NCBI RefSeq assembly: GCF_009914755.1
Contig: NC_060934.1
DNA length: 64,000 nucleotides
Reading direction: 5' to 3' (one strand)
From: the human T2T-CHM13v2.0 reference genome, Homo sapiens
Positions 44,525 to 60,090 of this stretch are shown in pieces. The number at the start of each line of letters is the position of its first letter. Position 1 is the stretch's first letter. The notes below the pieces were generated by a model. It had not been told where the DNA came from. It was given only the letters and a program-made list of their open reading frames with translations, and did no database searches. Made by a program: the position numbers and the translations under genes.

Positions 44525-45060
44525 TGTCAGAGGCGTTCGAACCAGAGCGACTTCATCTTGAGTGAGAGCTAGGAAAATGGGGCTGAGACTTGCTGGGTTG
44601 CGCTCCCAGAAAGTTAGGTATTCCTGGCCTCTAGATGTTTATGGTTAAGGGAACAGATGGATAACATTTACTAAACAGACCTAGGCTTAGGAGTGTTCTT
44701 GTATCCTGATATCTTGAGAACAGAAGCATTCCTAATTTTGCCTTAAAGAAAATAATAGCGATTCTTGCAAAATACAATAATTAAGAAAATTAATGCTTTA
44801 TCACAAATCCTTGCAGCAGAACACATCTCCCTGTAATCTATTTTTTATCCTATATATAAACAAATGTTGTACCTAGGGTGAACACATTCTTCCTCTTGCT
44901 TTCAGGAATACCGTACTCTGCCTGTGGACGAGCTATTCTTTCACCACTTTACTTTCTTGATAAACTTGCTTTCACTTTACAGGCTCGTCCTGAATTCTTT
45001 CTTGTGCGAGATCAAGAATCCTCTCTTGGGGTCTGGATCAGGACCCTTTTTCCTGTAACA
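44525..45060 (+). mobile_element. MER41-family solo LTR (ERV1), MER41C-like
   Basis: Starts TGTCAGAGGCGTTCGAACCAGAGCG and ends CCTGTAACA; 4-bp TSD TTTC/CTTC. Confidence 0.85.
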
Positions 45061-45773
45061 CTTCCATGGTTCCTGGGGTAGCTCTGGTTCCAGCTCCAGT
45101 TCCAGCAAAAGCCCATTTGCACCCAGCCACCCCGCTTCTTAAATGAAAGATAATTTTGGCATCTATTTCTTGATACCAGCAGATGCCGATTGGGACATGA
45201 CAGAGCCAGGACTAGCTGCTAGGTTTCCTGGCTCCCAGCTTATGTTTTTTTCCACTATACTTTACTATGTCCTGCATGCCTCCTAGAGTTTTTTAACCTG
45301 TTGACGGCCAGGAATAGTTTATTTAACTTGGTATGCCTTTAACTACCTGGACTTTACTCCATAAAAATTGATTGACTTGAATTTAATTATCGGTAATTCC
45401 AAAATTATGAGTGGTGTCCTTTCTGAATTTATTTTTCTAGAATATAAGCTTTTTTCCTTGCTAAAAGTACCAACACTTTACAATATTTTCAGGTGAACAA
45501 TTTATGCTCTAGAAGAAATTGTTGTCTGTAGGGCAGGTGCCCCTGGCCAAAAGAAGAGCACTCTTTTCTGGCTGTGCTCAGCCATCCTGGGCTGTGAATG
45601 ATGGGAAAGTTGCTCTGTTCTGAATCGCAAATTCACGGCTTTCCTTGATGCAGTTCTCAACTCACAGGCTTCTTCATCTTGCAAATTAACTACAACTATC
45701 CACCTGTGAGAGTTTCAGGGAAAGTTCATGAAAGTTGTGATGCTTACAATTTTATAAATCAGCAAATCATTTT

Positions 45774-45810
<37 letters not shown>

Positions 45811-46013
45811 TATACTCTAAGTTTTAGGGTACATGTGCACATTGTGCAGGTTAGTTACATATGTATACATGTGCCATGCTGGTGCGCTGCACCCACTAAT
45901 GTGTCATCTAGCATTAGGTATATCTCCCAGTGCTATCCCTCCCCCCTCCCCCGACCCCACCACAGTCCCCAGAGTGTGATATTCCCCTTCCTGTGTCCAT
46001 GTGATCTCATTGT

Positions 46014-49868
<3,855 letters not shown>

Positions 49869-49904
49869 TTAGTTGATGCAGTTTCTTCCTAGTCTCGATG
49901 GTCT

Positions 49905-50921
49905 TTACATTTTGGCATGATTTTGCAGCAGCTGGTACCGGTTGTTCCTTTCCATGTTTAGCGCTTCCTTCAGGAGCTCTTTTAGGGCAGGCCTGGTGGT
50001 GACAAAATCTCTCAGCATTTGCTTGTCTATAAAGTATTTTATTTCTCCTTCACTTATGAAGCTTAGTTTGGCTGGATATGAAATTCTGGGTTGAAAATTC
50101 TTTTCTTTAAGAATGTTGAATATTGGCCCCCACTCTCTTCTTGCTTGTAGGGTTTCTGCCGAGAGATCCGCTGTTAGTCTGATGGGCTTTCCTTTGAGGG
50201 TAACCCGACCTTTCTCTCTGGCTGCCCTTAACATTTTTTCCTTCATTTCAACTTTGGTGAATCTGACAATTATGTGTCTTGGAGTTGCTCTTCTCGAGGA
50301 GTATCTTTGTGGCGTTCTCTGTATTTCCTGAATCTGAACGTTGGCCTGCCTTGCTAGATTGGGGAAGTTCTCCTGGATAATATCCTGCAGAGTGTTTTCC
50401 AACTTGGTTCCATTCTCCACATCACTTTCAGGTACACCAATCAGACGTAGATTTGGTCTTTTCACATAGTCCCATATTTCTTGGAGGCTTTGCTCATTTC
50501 TTTTTATTCTTTTTTCTCTAAACTTCCCTTCTCACTTCATTTCATTCATTTCATCTTCCATTGCTGATACCCTTTCTTCCAGTTGATCGCATCGGCTCCT
50601 GAGGCTTCTGGATTCTTCACGTAGTTCTCGAGCCTTGGTTTTCAGCTCCATCAGCTCCTTTAAGCACTTCTCTGTATTGGTTATTCTAGTTATACATTCT
50701 TCTAAATTTTTTTCAAAGTTTTCAACTTCTTTGCCTTTGGTTTGAATGTCCTCCCGTAGCTCAGAGTAATTTGATCGTCTGAAGCCTTCTTCTCTCAGCT
50801 GGTCAAAATCATTCTCCATCCAGCTTTGTTCTGTTGCTGGTGAGGAACTGCGTTCCTTTGGAGGAGGAGAGGCGCTCTGCGTTTTAGAGTTTCCAGTTTT
50901 TCTGTTCTGTTTTTTCCCCAT
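49905..50921 (-). pseudogene. L1 ORF1 (338 codons) with a premature stop R130*
   Basis: The two track ORFs (50532-50921, 49905-50465) are in the same frame and span 1017 nt. The only interruption is TGA at 50532-50534, where the consensus has CGA (EMK-R-EGKF). Confidence 0.95.
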
Positions 50922-51827
50922 CTTTGTGGTTTTATCTACTTTTGGTCTTTGATGATGGTGATGTACAGATGGGTTTTCGGTGTAGATGTCCTTTCTGGTT
51001 GTTAGTTTTCCTTCTAACAGACAGGACCCTCAGCTGCAGGTCTGTTGGAATACCCTGCCGTGTGAGGTGTCAGTGTGCCCCTGCTGGGGGGTGCCTCCCA
51101 GTTAGGCTGCTCGGGGGTCAGGGGTCAGGGACCCACTTGAGGAGGCAGTCTGCCCGTTCTCAGATCTCCAGCTGAGTGCTGGGAGAACCACTGCTCTCTT
51201 CAAAGCTGTCAGACAGGGACACTTAAGTCTGCAGAGGTTACTGCTGCCTTTTTGTTTGTCTGTGCCCTGCCCCCAGAGGTGGAGCCTACAGAGGCAGGCA
51301 GGCCTCCTTGAGCTGTGGTGGGCTCCACCCAGTTCGAGCTTCCCGGCTGCTTTGTTTACCTAAGCAAGCCTGGGCAATGGCGGGCGCCCCTCCCCCAGCC
51401 TCGTTGCCGCCTTGCAGTTTGATCTCAGACTGCTGTGCTAGCAATCAGCGAGATTCCGTGGGCATAGGACCCTCTGAGCCAGGTGTGGGATATAGTCTCG
51501 TGGTGCGCCGTTTCTTAAGCCGGTCTGAAAAGCGCAATATTCGGGTGGGAGTGACCCGATTTTCCAGGTGCGTCCGTCACCCCTTTCTTTGACTCGGAAA
51601 GGGAACTCCCTGACCCCTTGCGCTTCCCAGGTGAGGCAATGCCTCGCCCTGCTTCGGCTCGCGCACGGTGCGCACACACACTGGCCTGCGCCCACTGTCT
51701 GGCACTCCCTAGTGAGATGAACCCGGTACCTCAGATGGAAATGCAGAAATCACCCGTCTTCTGCGTCGCTCACGCTGGGAGCTGTAGACCGGAGCTGTTC
51801 CTATTCGGCCATCTTGGCTCCTCCCCC
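50922..51827 (-). promoter_or_regulatory. L1 5'UTR with internal sense promoter (intact YY1 site) and antisense promoter
   Basis: CpG-rich 906-bp UTR; CAAGATGGCCG YY1 motif at the 5' end. Confidence 0.9.
51377..51592 (+). CDS. L1 ORF0 (antisense 5'UTR ORF, 71 aa)
   Basis: MAGAPPPASLPP...RCVRHPFL*, 216 nt; splice-donor GTs after nt 106 (51482) and nt 191 (51567). Confidence 0.85.
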   Translation: MAGAPPPASLPPCSLISDCCASNQRDSVGIGPSEPGVGYSLVVRRFLSRSEKRNIRVGVTRFSRCVRHPFL

Positions 51828-51882
51828 CAGCAAATCATTTTCCTGAAAGAGACTTCTTCAGGAGATAGATTCTCTTGTTATT

Positions 51883-52360
51883 GTACTGTCTCAGTTATCT
51901 ATTGCTGTAAAATAAATCGTCCCAAAGCTTAGTGGCTTAAAAACAACTCTTTATTACCTAACACAAGTCTATAGCTGGCTGTGTTTAGCTGGTATATTCT
52001 TCTGCTCCACGTGGGCTCACCTGCACTGGAACATCCAGGAAGGCTGACTCACATGGCTGCACAGTAGCTGTCAGCCAAGAACCTCACCGTTGTGTCAAAT
52101 GTCTTAGTTCTCATCCACAGTGCATCTCTGGGGGCTTCTCACAGTGTATTCACTGGGTCCCTCCAGGGAGTGTTCTAAGAGACAGAAGCCTCAGATCTCT
52201 TAAAGCCCAACCGTGTGGGTGACACAGCATCAATGGCTGCCATAGTCTACTGATCAAAAGTAGTCACAGGCCAACCCAGATTTAAGGGGATGGGAGACAG
52301 ACCCTATCTCTGAGTGGAAGAAGTGGTAACACTGCATGGCCGTTTTTAACCAGCCACAGT
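51883..52360 (-). mobile_element. Old MLT1 LTR
   Basis: CAGTTATCTATTGCTG...AGCTTAGTGGCTTAAAAACAAC...CAACCCAGATTTAAGGGG. Confidence 0.65.
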
Positions 52361-52414
52361 TCTTGATGACAATTTCCTAATGGAAAAGATCTTTCTTCTA
52401 CAGGACTCTAGAAT

Positions 52415-52550
52415 AGCGTTTCTCAGGTGTTAATGTGCAAAGAATCATCCCGTGATCCTGTTAAAATGTAGGTTCTGATTCAGTAGGTCTGGGGTGAGGC
52501 TTGAGAACCTGCGTTTCTAACAAGCTCCCAGGGATGCAGCAGGCACCTGC
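52415..52550. mobile_element. MER5-like fragment
   Basis: TTCTGATTCAGTAGGTCTGGGGTG...TTTCTAACAAGCTCCCAGG. Confidence 0.7.
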
Positions 52551-53151
52551 AGAGCTGTTAAAACAGATTCCTCCCACTCCTTTCCTCTGCTCTAGAAAAA
52601 TCCTCCAAATCCTGAAAACATCTGGAGAGAAGCAGAAGGAGATGGTAGAAGCTGAGGCCCCACAGTGGAGCAACTTTGATTTCCATTGATTTTACGAAGA
52701 CACTACCACAAAGAAATGGCAAAATCAATGTTGGCCATTTATGCAGATAAAATGTAACTGTCAGGTGGAAAATAAAACCTAGGCAAACACTAAGTGTATC
52801 CCCTGAACCATCTTAAATGTGGTTTGTGTACTCATGTGGTTGAGTCCTCATGGATGAACTGCAACCTAGCTTAACAGTCAGAAAAGATGGAAAACAGTCA
52901 GAAAAAAATGGAAAAAGTGTACACCTGACATTGGCAAACTTTTAACAGTGAGCCTTATGGTCTTCACCAATTTCAGGTGCTCCATTCCCCAACCCTACCC
53001 CACTTCTTCAAGTCAGTTCAGTAAATAGTTACTGATCCCTTATTCAGCAGAAAGCACTGTATCGGATACTGTAGGTGCAGAGAGAAGACAGCCCAGCATT
53101 CTTTCCCTACAGAACATTATACTTTGGTAGGGAGACAAGTGACATACATAA

Positions 53152-53560
<409 letters not shown>

Positions 53561-53564
53561 AAAT

Positions 53565-53950
53565 GTTTTTTTTTTTAATTGATGCATAATAGATGTATGT
53601 AGTTTTGGGGTACATGTGACAATTTAATACATTCATATAATTTGTAAAGATCAAATCAGTGTACTTGAGATATCCATCACCTTAGATATTTGTCTTTTAT
53701 GTTAGAAACATTTGAATTCTTCTCTTCTATTTTGAAACACACAACAGATTATTGTAAACTGTGTCACCCTACCGACCTATCTAACACTAGGTCTCGTTTC
53801 TCTTAACAAACTGTATATTTGTACCCATTAATCATCTTTTCTTCACCCGCTTTTCCCCCTACCCTTCCTTAGCTGGGTAACCACCAATCTACTTTGTATC
53901 TTCATGAGATCTCCTTTATAGCTCTCACTTATGAATGAAAACATGCAGTA
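53565..53950 (-). mobile_element. L1MA 3' end
   Basis: L1MA 3'UTR motifs in antisense. Confidence 0.75.
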
Positions 53951-54357
53951 TTCGAAGAGTCACGTTAGAAGAGGTTTAGAGGCTGTGTAGGAGTTCTCCA
54001 GGAGAAGGTGGAGGATGGAAGAAGGGAATTACAGTAGGCAGAGAAAACCTGAGTGAGAAAGTAAAAGCCTGGGTCAGGAGGACAATGAATGGCCCAGGAG
54101 GGTAGGCCCCGTGCTGGGGCTGGTGGGAGATGTGTGCGGAAACTGCAGGGCTTTGCCTGCCAGGCTAAGGAGTTTTCCTTTCATCTGGAAGATGATGGGA
54201 GAACTATCAAAGGGGTCAGAGAAAGGATGCTGACAGTCTCCTCTGCCCCACTGAGTTAAGCAGCCTAGTTTGTTCTGCTCATGCTGATAGCCAGCTTGCT
54301 CCCCCTCTCGCAGCTCCTCTCCCACTGCTGCCCCCATCCATCTACTGAAGACCTCGG

Positions 54358-54722
54358 GTATTAGTCCATTCTCACACTGCCATAAAGATACTACCTGAGA
54401 CTTGGTAATTTATAAACAAAAGAGGTTTAATTGACTCACAGTTCTATATAGCTAGGGAGGCCTTAGGAAACTTACAATCACGGCCGAAGGTGAAGGGGAA
54501 GCAAGGCATGTCTTACATGGTGGCGGGAGAGAGAGAGAGAGTGAAGGGGGAACTGCCACTTTTAAACTATCAGCTCTTATGAAAACTGACTCACTATTAC
54601 TAGAACAGCATGGGGGAAACCATCCCCATGATCCAATCTCCTCCTACCATGTCTCTCCCTCAATACCAGGGGATTAAAATTCGAGATAAGATTTGGGTGG
54701 AACAAAGAGCCAAACCATATCA
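54358..54722 (-). mobile_element. MSTA-like solo LTR
   Basis: GTATTAGTCCATTCTCACACTGC...GAGCCAAACCATATCA. Confidence 0.85.
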
Positions 54723-55033
54723 CCTTGCTAGTCTTTAGATACCAATTGGGCTTCCCCAGGCAGCTCAGCAACTGTAGTGCTTTCCTCCTCTGAATCCATA
54801 GAGGTTTTTTTAAATTTTTTTTTATTTTATTTTTTTAATTTGAAACTTCTATGGCTTTACTTATGTTATTCTTTCTGGGTTTTTTTTTGTTCCTCTTTTG
54901 CTGCCTGGTAGAAGGCTACTCAACTTGAAATGTGCCACCAAGATGCCATCTCTTATGTAAAGCCTTATCCCACCACCTAAAAGCAGAAAAATGTGCTCTC
55001 TGCTACAGCAATTCAATCACTCTAATGTTACAG

Positions 55034-55410
55034 ACAGATGTGTGCTGGTAAAAAACCACCATCTCAAAAAAGAAATGAAGAAAAAGCCAACAAAACCCAA
55101 CCCAAACCAACACCACCAAAATCCTGATTTGTGGTGTTTGCCAATTTCTGTAGTATAAATACTCCCACCATGGCTGCTTTCAAGCTACCAACTTGAGATT
55201 TCTGAACTTGCAGCTGGGAAGAGATATGTAATGTCAGTTCTCAAGAGTTGATTCAGGCCAGGCATGGTGCTACACACCTGTATTTCCAGCTACTTGGGAG
55301 GCTGAGGTGGGAGAATCACTTGAGCCTGAGAGTAAGCCATGATTGCACAACTGCATTCCATCCTGGGGAAAAAAAAGAGTTGGTACAAGCTGGCTCTAGC
55401 ACATCACTGG
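55034..55410. mobile_element. MER63-like DNA transposon containing a short Alu-monomer insert (55255-55378)
   Basis: Ends CAGATGTGTGCTGG / CTAGCACATCACTG. Confidence 0.6.
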
Positions 55411-55599
55411 ACTTTATAGACCTGGCCTCACTGTGGTTCATTGTTCACATAGACTACAAGTATTTAGGAGAGAGAGACAGTGGGCCTGTCTTATTCATCT
55501 TTGTTGACTAGTGCATGTTCCAGTCTGGCATACAGCAAACACTCAATGTATATTTCTTCCCCAGGTATTTATTATTTGAATGAGTGGGTGGTTACCATG

Positions 55600-57856
55600 T
55601 GTATTAGTCCATTTTCATGCTGCTTATAAAGACGTACCTGTGACTGGGAAGAAAAAGGTTCAATGGACTTATAGTTCCACATGGCTGGGGAGTCCTCACA
55701 ATCATGGCAGAAGGCAAGGAGGAGCAAGTCACATCTTACAAGGATGGCAGCAGGCAAAGAGAGAGAGCTTGTGCAGGGAAACTCCTCTTTATAAAACTAT
55801 CAGATCTCATGAGACTTATTCACTATCATGAGAACAGCACAAGAAAGATCTGCCCCTGTGACTCAATTATCTCCCACCAGGCCCCTCTCACAACATGTGA
55901 GAATTCAAGATGAGATTTGGGTGGGGACACAGCCAAACCATATCATTCTGCCACTGGCCCCCTGCAAATTTCATGTCCTCACATTTCAAAACCAATCTTG
56001 CCTTCCCAGCAGTCCCCCAAAGCCTTAACTCATGTCAGCATTAACTCAAAAGTCCACAGTTGAAAATTTCATCTGAGACAAGGCAAGTCCTTCTGCATAT
56101 GAGCCTGTAAAATCAAAAGCAAGTTAGTAACTTCCTAGATACAAAGGAGGTACAGGCATTGGGTAAATACAGCCATTCAAAATGGGAGAAATTGGCCTAA
56201 ACAAAGGGGCTACAGGCCCCATGCAAGTCTGAAACCCAGCGGGGTAGTCAATTCTTAAAACTCTAAAATGATCTCCTTTGACTCCATGTCTCACATCCAG
56301 GTCATGTTGATGCAAAAGGTGGGCTTCCATGGTCTTAGGCAGCTCCATCTCCATAGCTTTGCAGAGTACAGCCTCCCTCCTGGCTGCTTTCATGTGCTGG
56401 TGTTGAGTGTCTGTGGCTTTTCAAGGCACATGGTGCAAGCTGTTGGTGGATCTACCATTCTGGGGTCTGGAGGACAGTGGCCTTCTCACAGCTCCACTAG
56501 GCAGTGCCCCAGTAGGGACTCTGTGTGGAGACTCTGACCCCACATTTCCCTTCTGCACTGCCCTAGCAGAGGTTTTCAATGAGGGCCCCACCCCTGCAGC
56601 AAACTTCTGCTTGGGCATCCAGGCATTTCCATACATCCTCTGAAATCTAGGTAGAGTCGACTTAATTCTTGACTTCTGTGCACCTGCAGGCTCAACACCA
56701 CGTGGAAGCTGCCAAGGCTTGGGGCTTCCACCCTCTGAAACAACAGCCTGAGCTGTACCTTGGCCCCTTTTAGTTATGGGTGGAGTGGCTGGGACTCAGG
56801 GCACCAAGTTCCTAGACTGCGCACAGCAGAGAGACCCTGGGCCTAGCCCACGAAACCATTTTTTCCTCCTAAACCTCCAGGCCTGTGATGGGAGGGGCTG
56901 CCGCAAAGGTCTCTGACATGCCCTGGAGACATTTTCCCCATTGTCCTGGTGATTAACATTCAGATCTTCATTACTAATGCAAATTTCTGCAGCCAGCTTT
57001 AATTTCTCCTCAGAGAATGGGATTTTTGTTTCTATCACATTGTCAGCCTGAAAATTTTACAAACTTTAATGATCTGTTTCCCTTTTAAAATTGAATGCCT
57101 TTAACAGCATCCAAGTCACCTCTTGAATGCTTTGCTGCCTAGAAATAGAAATCTTCCACCAGATACCCTAAATCATCTCTCTCAAGTTCAAAGTTCCACA
57201 AATCTCTAGGGCTGGGGCAAAATGCTGTCAGTCTCTTTGCTAAAACGTAACAAGAGTTACCTTTGTTCCAATTCCCAACAAGTTCCTCATCTCCATCTGA
57301 GACCACCTCAGCCTGGATTTCACTGTCCATATCATTATCAGCATTTTGGTAAAAGCCATTCAGCAAGTCTCTAGGAAGTTCCAAACTGTCCCACATTTTT
57401 CTGTCTTCCTCTGAGTCCTCCAAACTGTTCCAACCTCTGCCTGTTACCCAGTTCCACATTTTTGTGTATCTTTTCAGCAGTGCCCCACTCTACTGGTACC
57501 AATTTACTGCATTAGTCTGTTTTCATGCTACTGATAAAGCCATATCTGAGACTGGGGAAAAAAAAGAGGTTTAATGGACTTATAGTTCCACATGGCTGGA
57601 GAGGCCTCACAATCGTGGCAGAAGGCAAGGAGGAGCAAGTCACATCTTACATGGATGGTGGCAGGCAAACAGAGAGAGATTGTGCAGGAACATGCCTCTT
57701 TATAAAACCATCAGATCTCATGAGACTAATTCACCATCACAAGAACAGCACGGGAAAGACCCGCCCCCATAACTCAGTTACCTCCCACCAGGTCCCTCCC
57801 ACAACACGTGGGAATTCAAGATGAGATTTGGGTGGGGACACAGCCAAACCATATCA
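55600..57856 (-). mobile_element. Full-length THE1C (ERVL-MaLR) element: LTR 55600-55945, internal region, LTR 57508-57856
   Basis: Two ~350-bp direct LTRs with TG..CA ends, ~1.56-kb THE1-int and a 5-bp TSD CCATG (55595-55599, 57857-57861). Confidence 0.92.
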
Positions 57857-59794
57857 CCATGTCTCTCCATGGACTGACTTGATGGACAATTCTTTGGAGG
57901 TGGATAACTGTGATTGTCCTGTAAACCATAAAGCAGAGAGGGCACCCCAAGGAAAGCCATGTTACCCAAGTAGATGCTGGACAAGTGTTAAATACATAGC
58001 TGCCTTCATTGTGGAAACAGGGGCAGGGATCTGAGGACTTCTATATCAAGACCTTTCCACTCCTCCACTAGTTTACTTCTCTGGGTCTACTGTCGACATT
58101 CATCTAAAATGCAACTCCAACAGAAATTGTGGGACAGGGATGTCCCATTCACCTGGAGAAAGGCTATACAAGGCAATACAATGGCCATTGCAGCAAAAAA
58201 ATCAGGTGTCTAGAAACATATTAAGCCAGAATTAAGCTGTAGCTCTCTGCATAGTTTATGAGACACTTCTCTGAAGTGCAGCTGAAAATGATGGGTGTGT
58301 GTGTGTTTTAAATCTGAAGGCCCTCGGGAATGGCATGTACACAAATGTCAGTGTTTGTGGGCATGAAAGGGAAGGAAACCAGACATGGGGCTGGCGGAGA
58401 AGACTTAACAGCTGCAGCTGGCATGCTTTTGCTTTGTCTTTGATTCTTTCGATTCCTGTTTGGCTTTGGTCCCATGTTTTGGGCTGTGACTAAGCTTTCG
58501 TGTCTTTGGGGGCTAAGTAGACATCAAAACAAGAAACGCCACTCACTGTGCAAATGGATTTGCCCGAAATGCTGCTGAAGAAGACAGGTTGGCATCGGGC
58601 TGGTGCTTTTCTGCTTCTACTTAAATAGGAGAGGATTTGGTCAAACTTGGTCCTTGGGACAAGGAGCTGTTTTGGACAAACGGTTTACGGAAGGTGAGGC
58701 TGGGTATTTTAAGAAGGGAGGTGAGAAGTGAGAGACCTGGAATCTGGTCCTTGTAATCGGTCATCTTGCAACATGGACTTGACTGTTGTGGAAATGGTCT
58801 ACACCTCAGTTTCCTTTTTACCACAAGCTCTTCCCTCCATCTCTGTCGACACATTTCCCTCCTCTTGCTCCAGCCTCTGCTTATTTCAGGGGCTCAGTTT
58901 TCTCAAGATGGCCCCATGAAACTTCCTTGCCACAGAATGCTTCTCTGGATGCTATATCAATCGATTACATGTTAGTATGAATTTAGCTAATACACTACCT
59001 CCACATGTGACTGTACACTCAAAGTATCCCAGCAGAGGCACTCTCCCAGGTGCAACAAGATGAAACAGTCAGTTTCGGGGTCTCTTATCATGTCCCTATA
59101 TAAACACAGGTGTGGGAGGGAAATATTTTGAGATGACTGCATGGAACTCTGTACTCCTTTTCCATATAATGAGTATATTATTCTCCAGCGTCTCTCCATT
59201 GCTCAAAACCACGAATATCTCCTCTCTTGAAAAAGTGACAGTGTGAGGACTGGGAAGCTGAAATTTTAGCTCAGAAGTCTACAACTAGAACCAAGTTTCT
59301 AAAAATGTGCTGTGTTATATAATCCAGGAGGAGGCAATGGAAAAGTACCAGCTGGTGTGGGACTGGAGGCTTTCCTGCCTCTGACTCACTCAGGCAAAAG
59401 GTCTTGAATTAAGATGCTTCTCAGAAAATCCAAACAAAACCCATTCATTCTCCAAGGCTTCGCATTCGTTGTGGGAGTCAAAATGTAACCATGGGACTGA
59501 GATTGCCTGGGCACATTTGGGAAAGTTCACAAAGTTTGTTCTTGTGTCCCTCGAGGCCAGCTTCCAGGGCCTCCCCACTCCTTTCCAGATGCCCGATGCC
59601 ATCCTGCCGTATCTATGGCACCACAGACAGCCCTATCGGGAAGATGGCCCAAATGGCTTTCCCCATCAAAACTTGACTTCTCTGTCCTGTGGCCTCAGGC
59701 CCTGCTCTGGGTTGTCCTTAACTAAACAGTTAGATGGATCCTTGCTGTGGTGTTAGCTAACTGAATAGAGCACCTTTGAAAAAATAACATAATA

Positions 59795-60090
59795 GGCTGA
59801 CCACGGTGGCTCATGCCTGTAATCCTGGCACCTTGGGAGGCTGATGGGGGAGGGTTGCTTGAGTCCAGGAGTTTAAGACTAGCCTAGGTAACATAGCAAG
59901 CCGTTGTCTCTACAAAAAATGTAAAAATTAGTCAGGTGTGGTGGTGCCTGCCTGTGGTCCCAGCTACTTGGGAGGCTGAGGTGGGAGGCTTAAGGGGGTT
60001 GAGGCTACCTTGAGCTGTGTTTGCACCACTGCACTCCAGCCTGGGTGACAGAGTGAGACCCTGCCTCAAAAACAAAACAAAACAAAAACA
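59795..60090 (+). mobile_element. AluJ
   Basis: Dimer with a small right-arm deletion; TSD AACATAAT. Confidence 0.88.

Noticed and set aside
49905-50465. 186-aa ORF as a separate gene, or ORF1 as frameshifted
   Set aside because: It is the in-frame C-terminal part of ORF1 starting at GTG V153; the lesion is a nonsense codon, not a frameshift.
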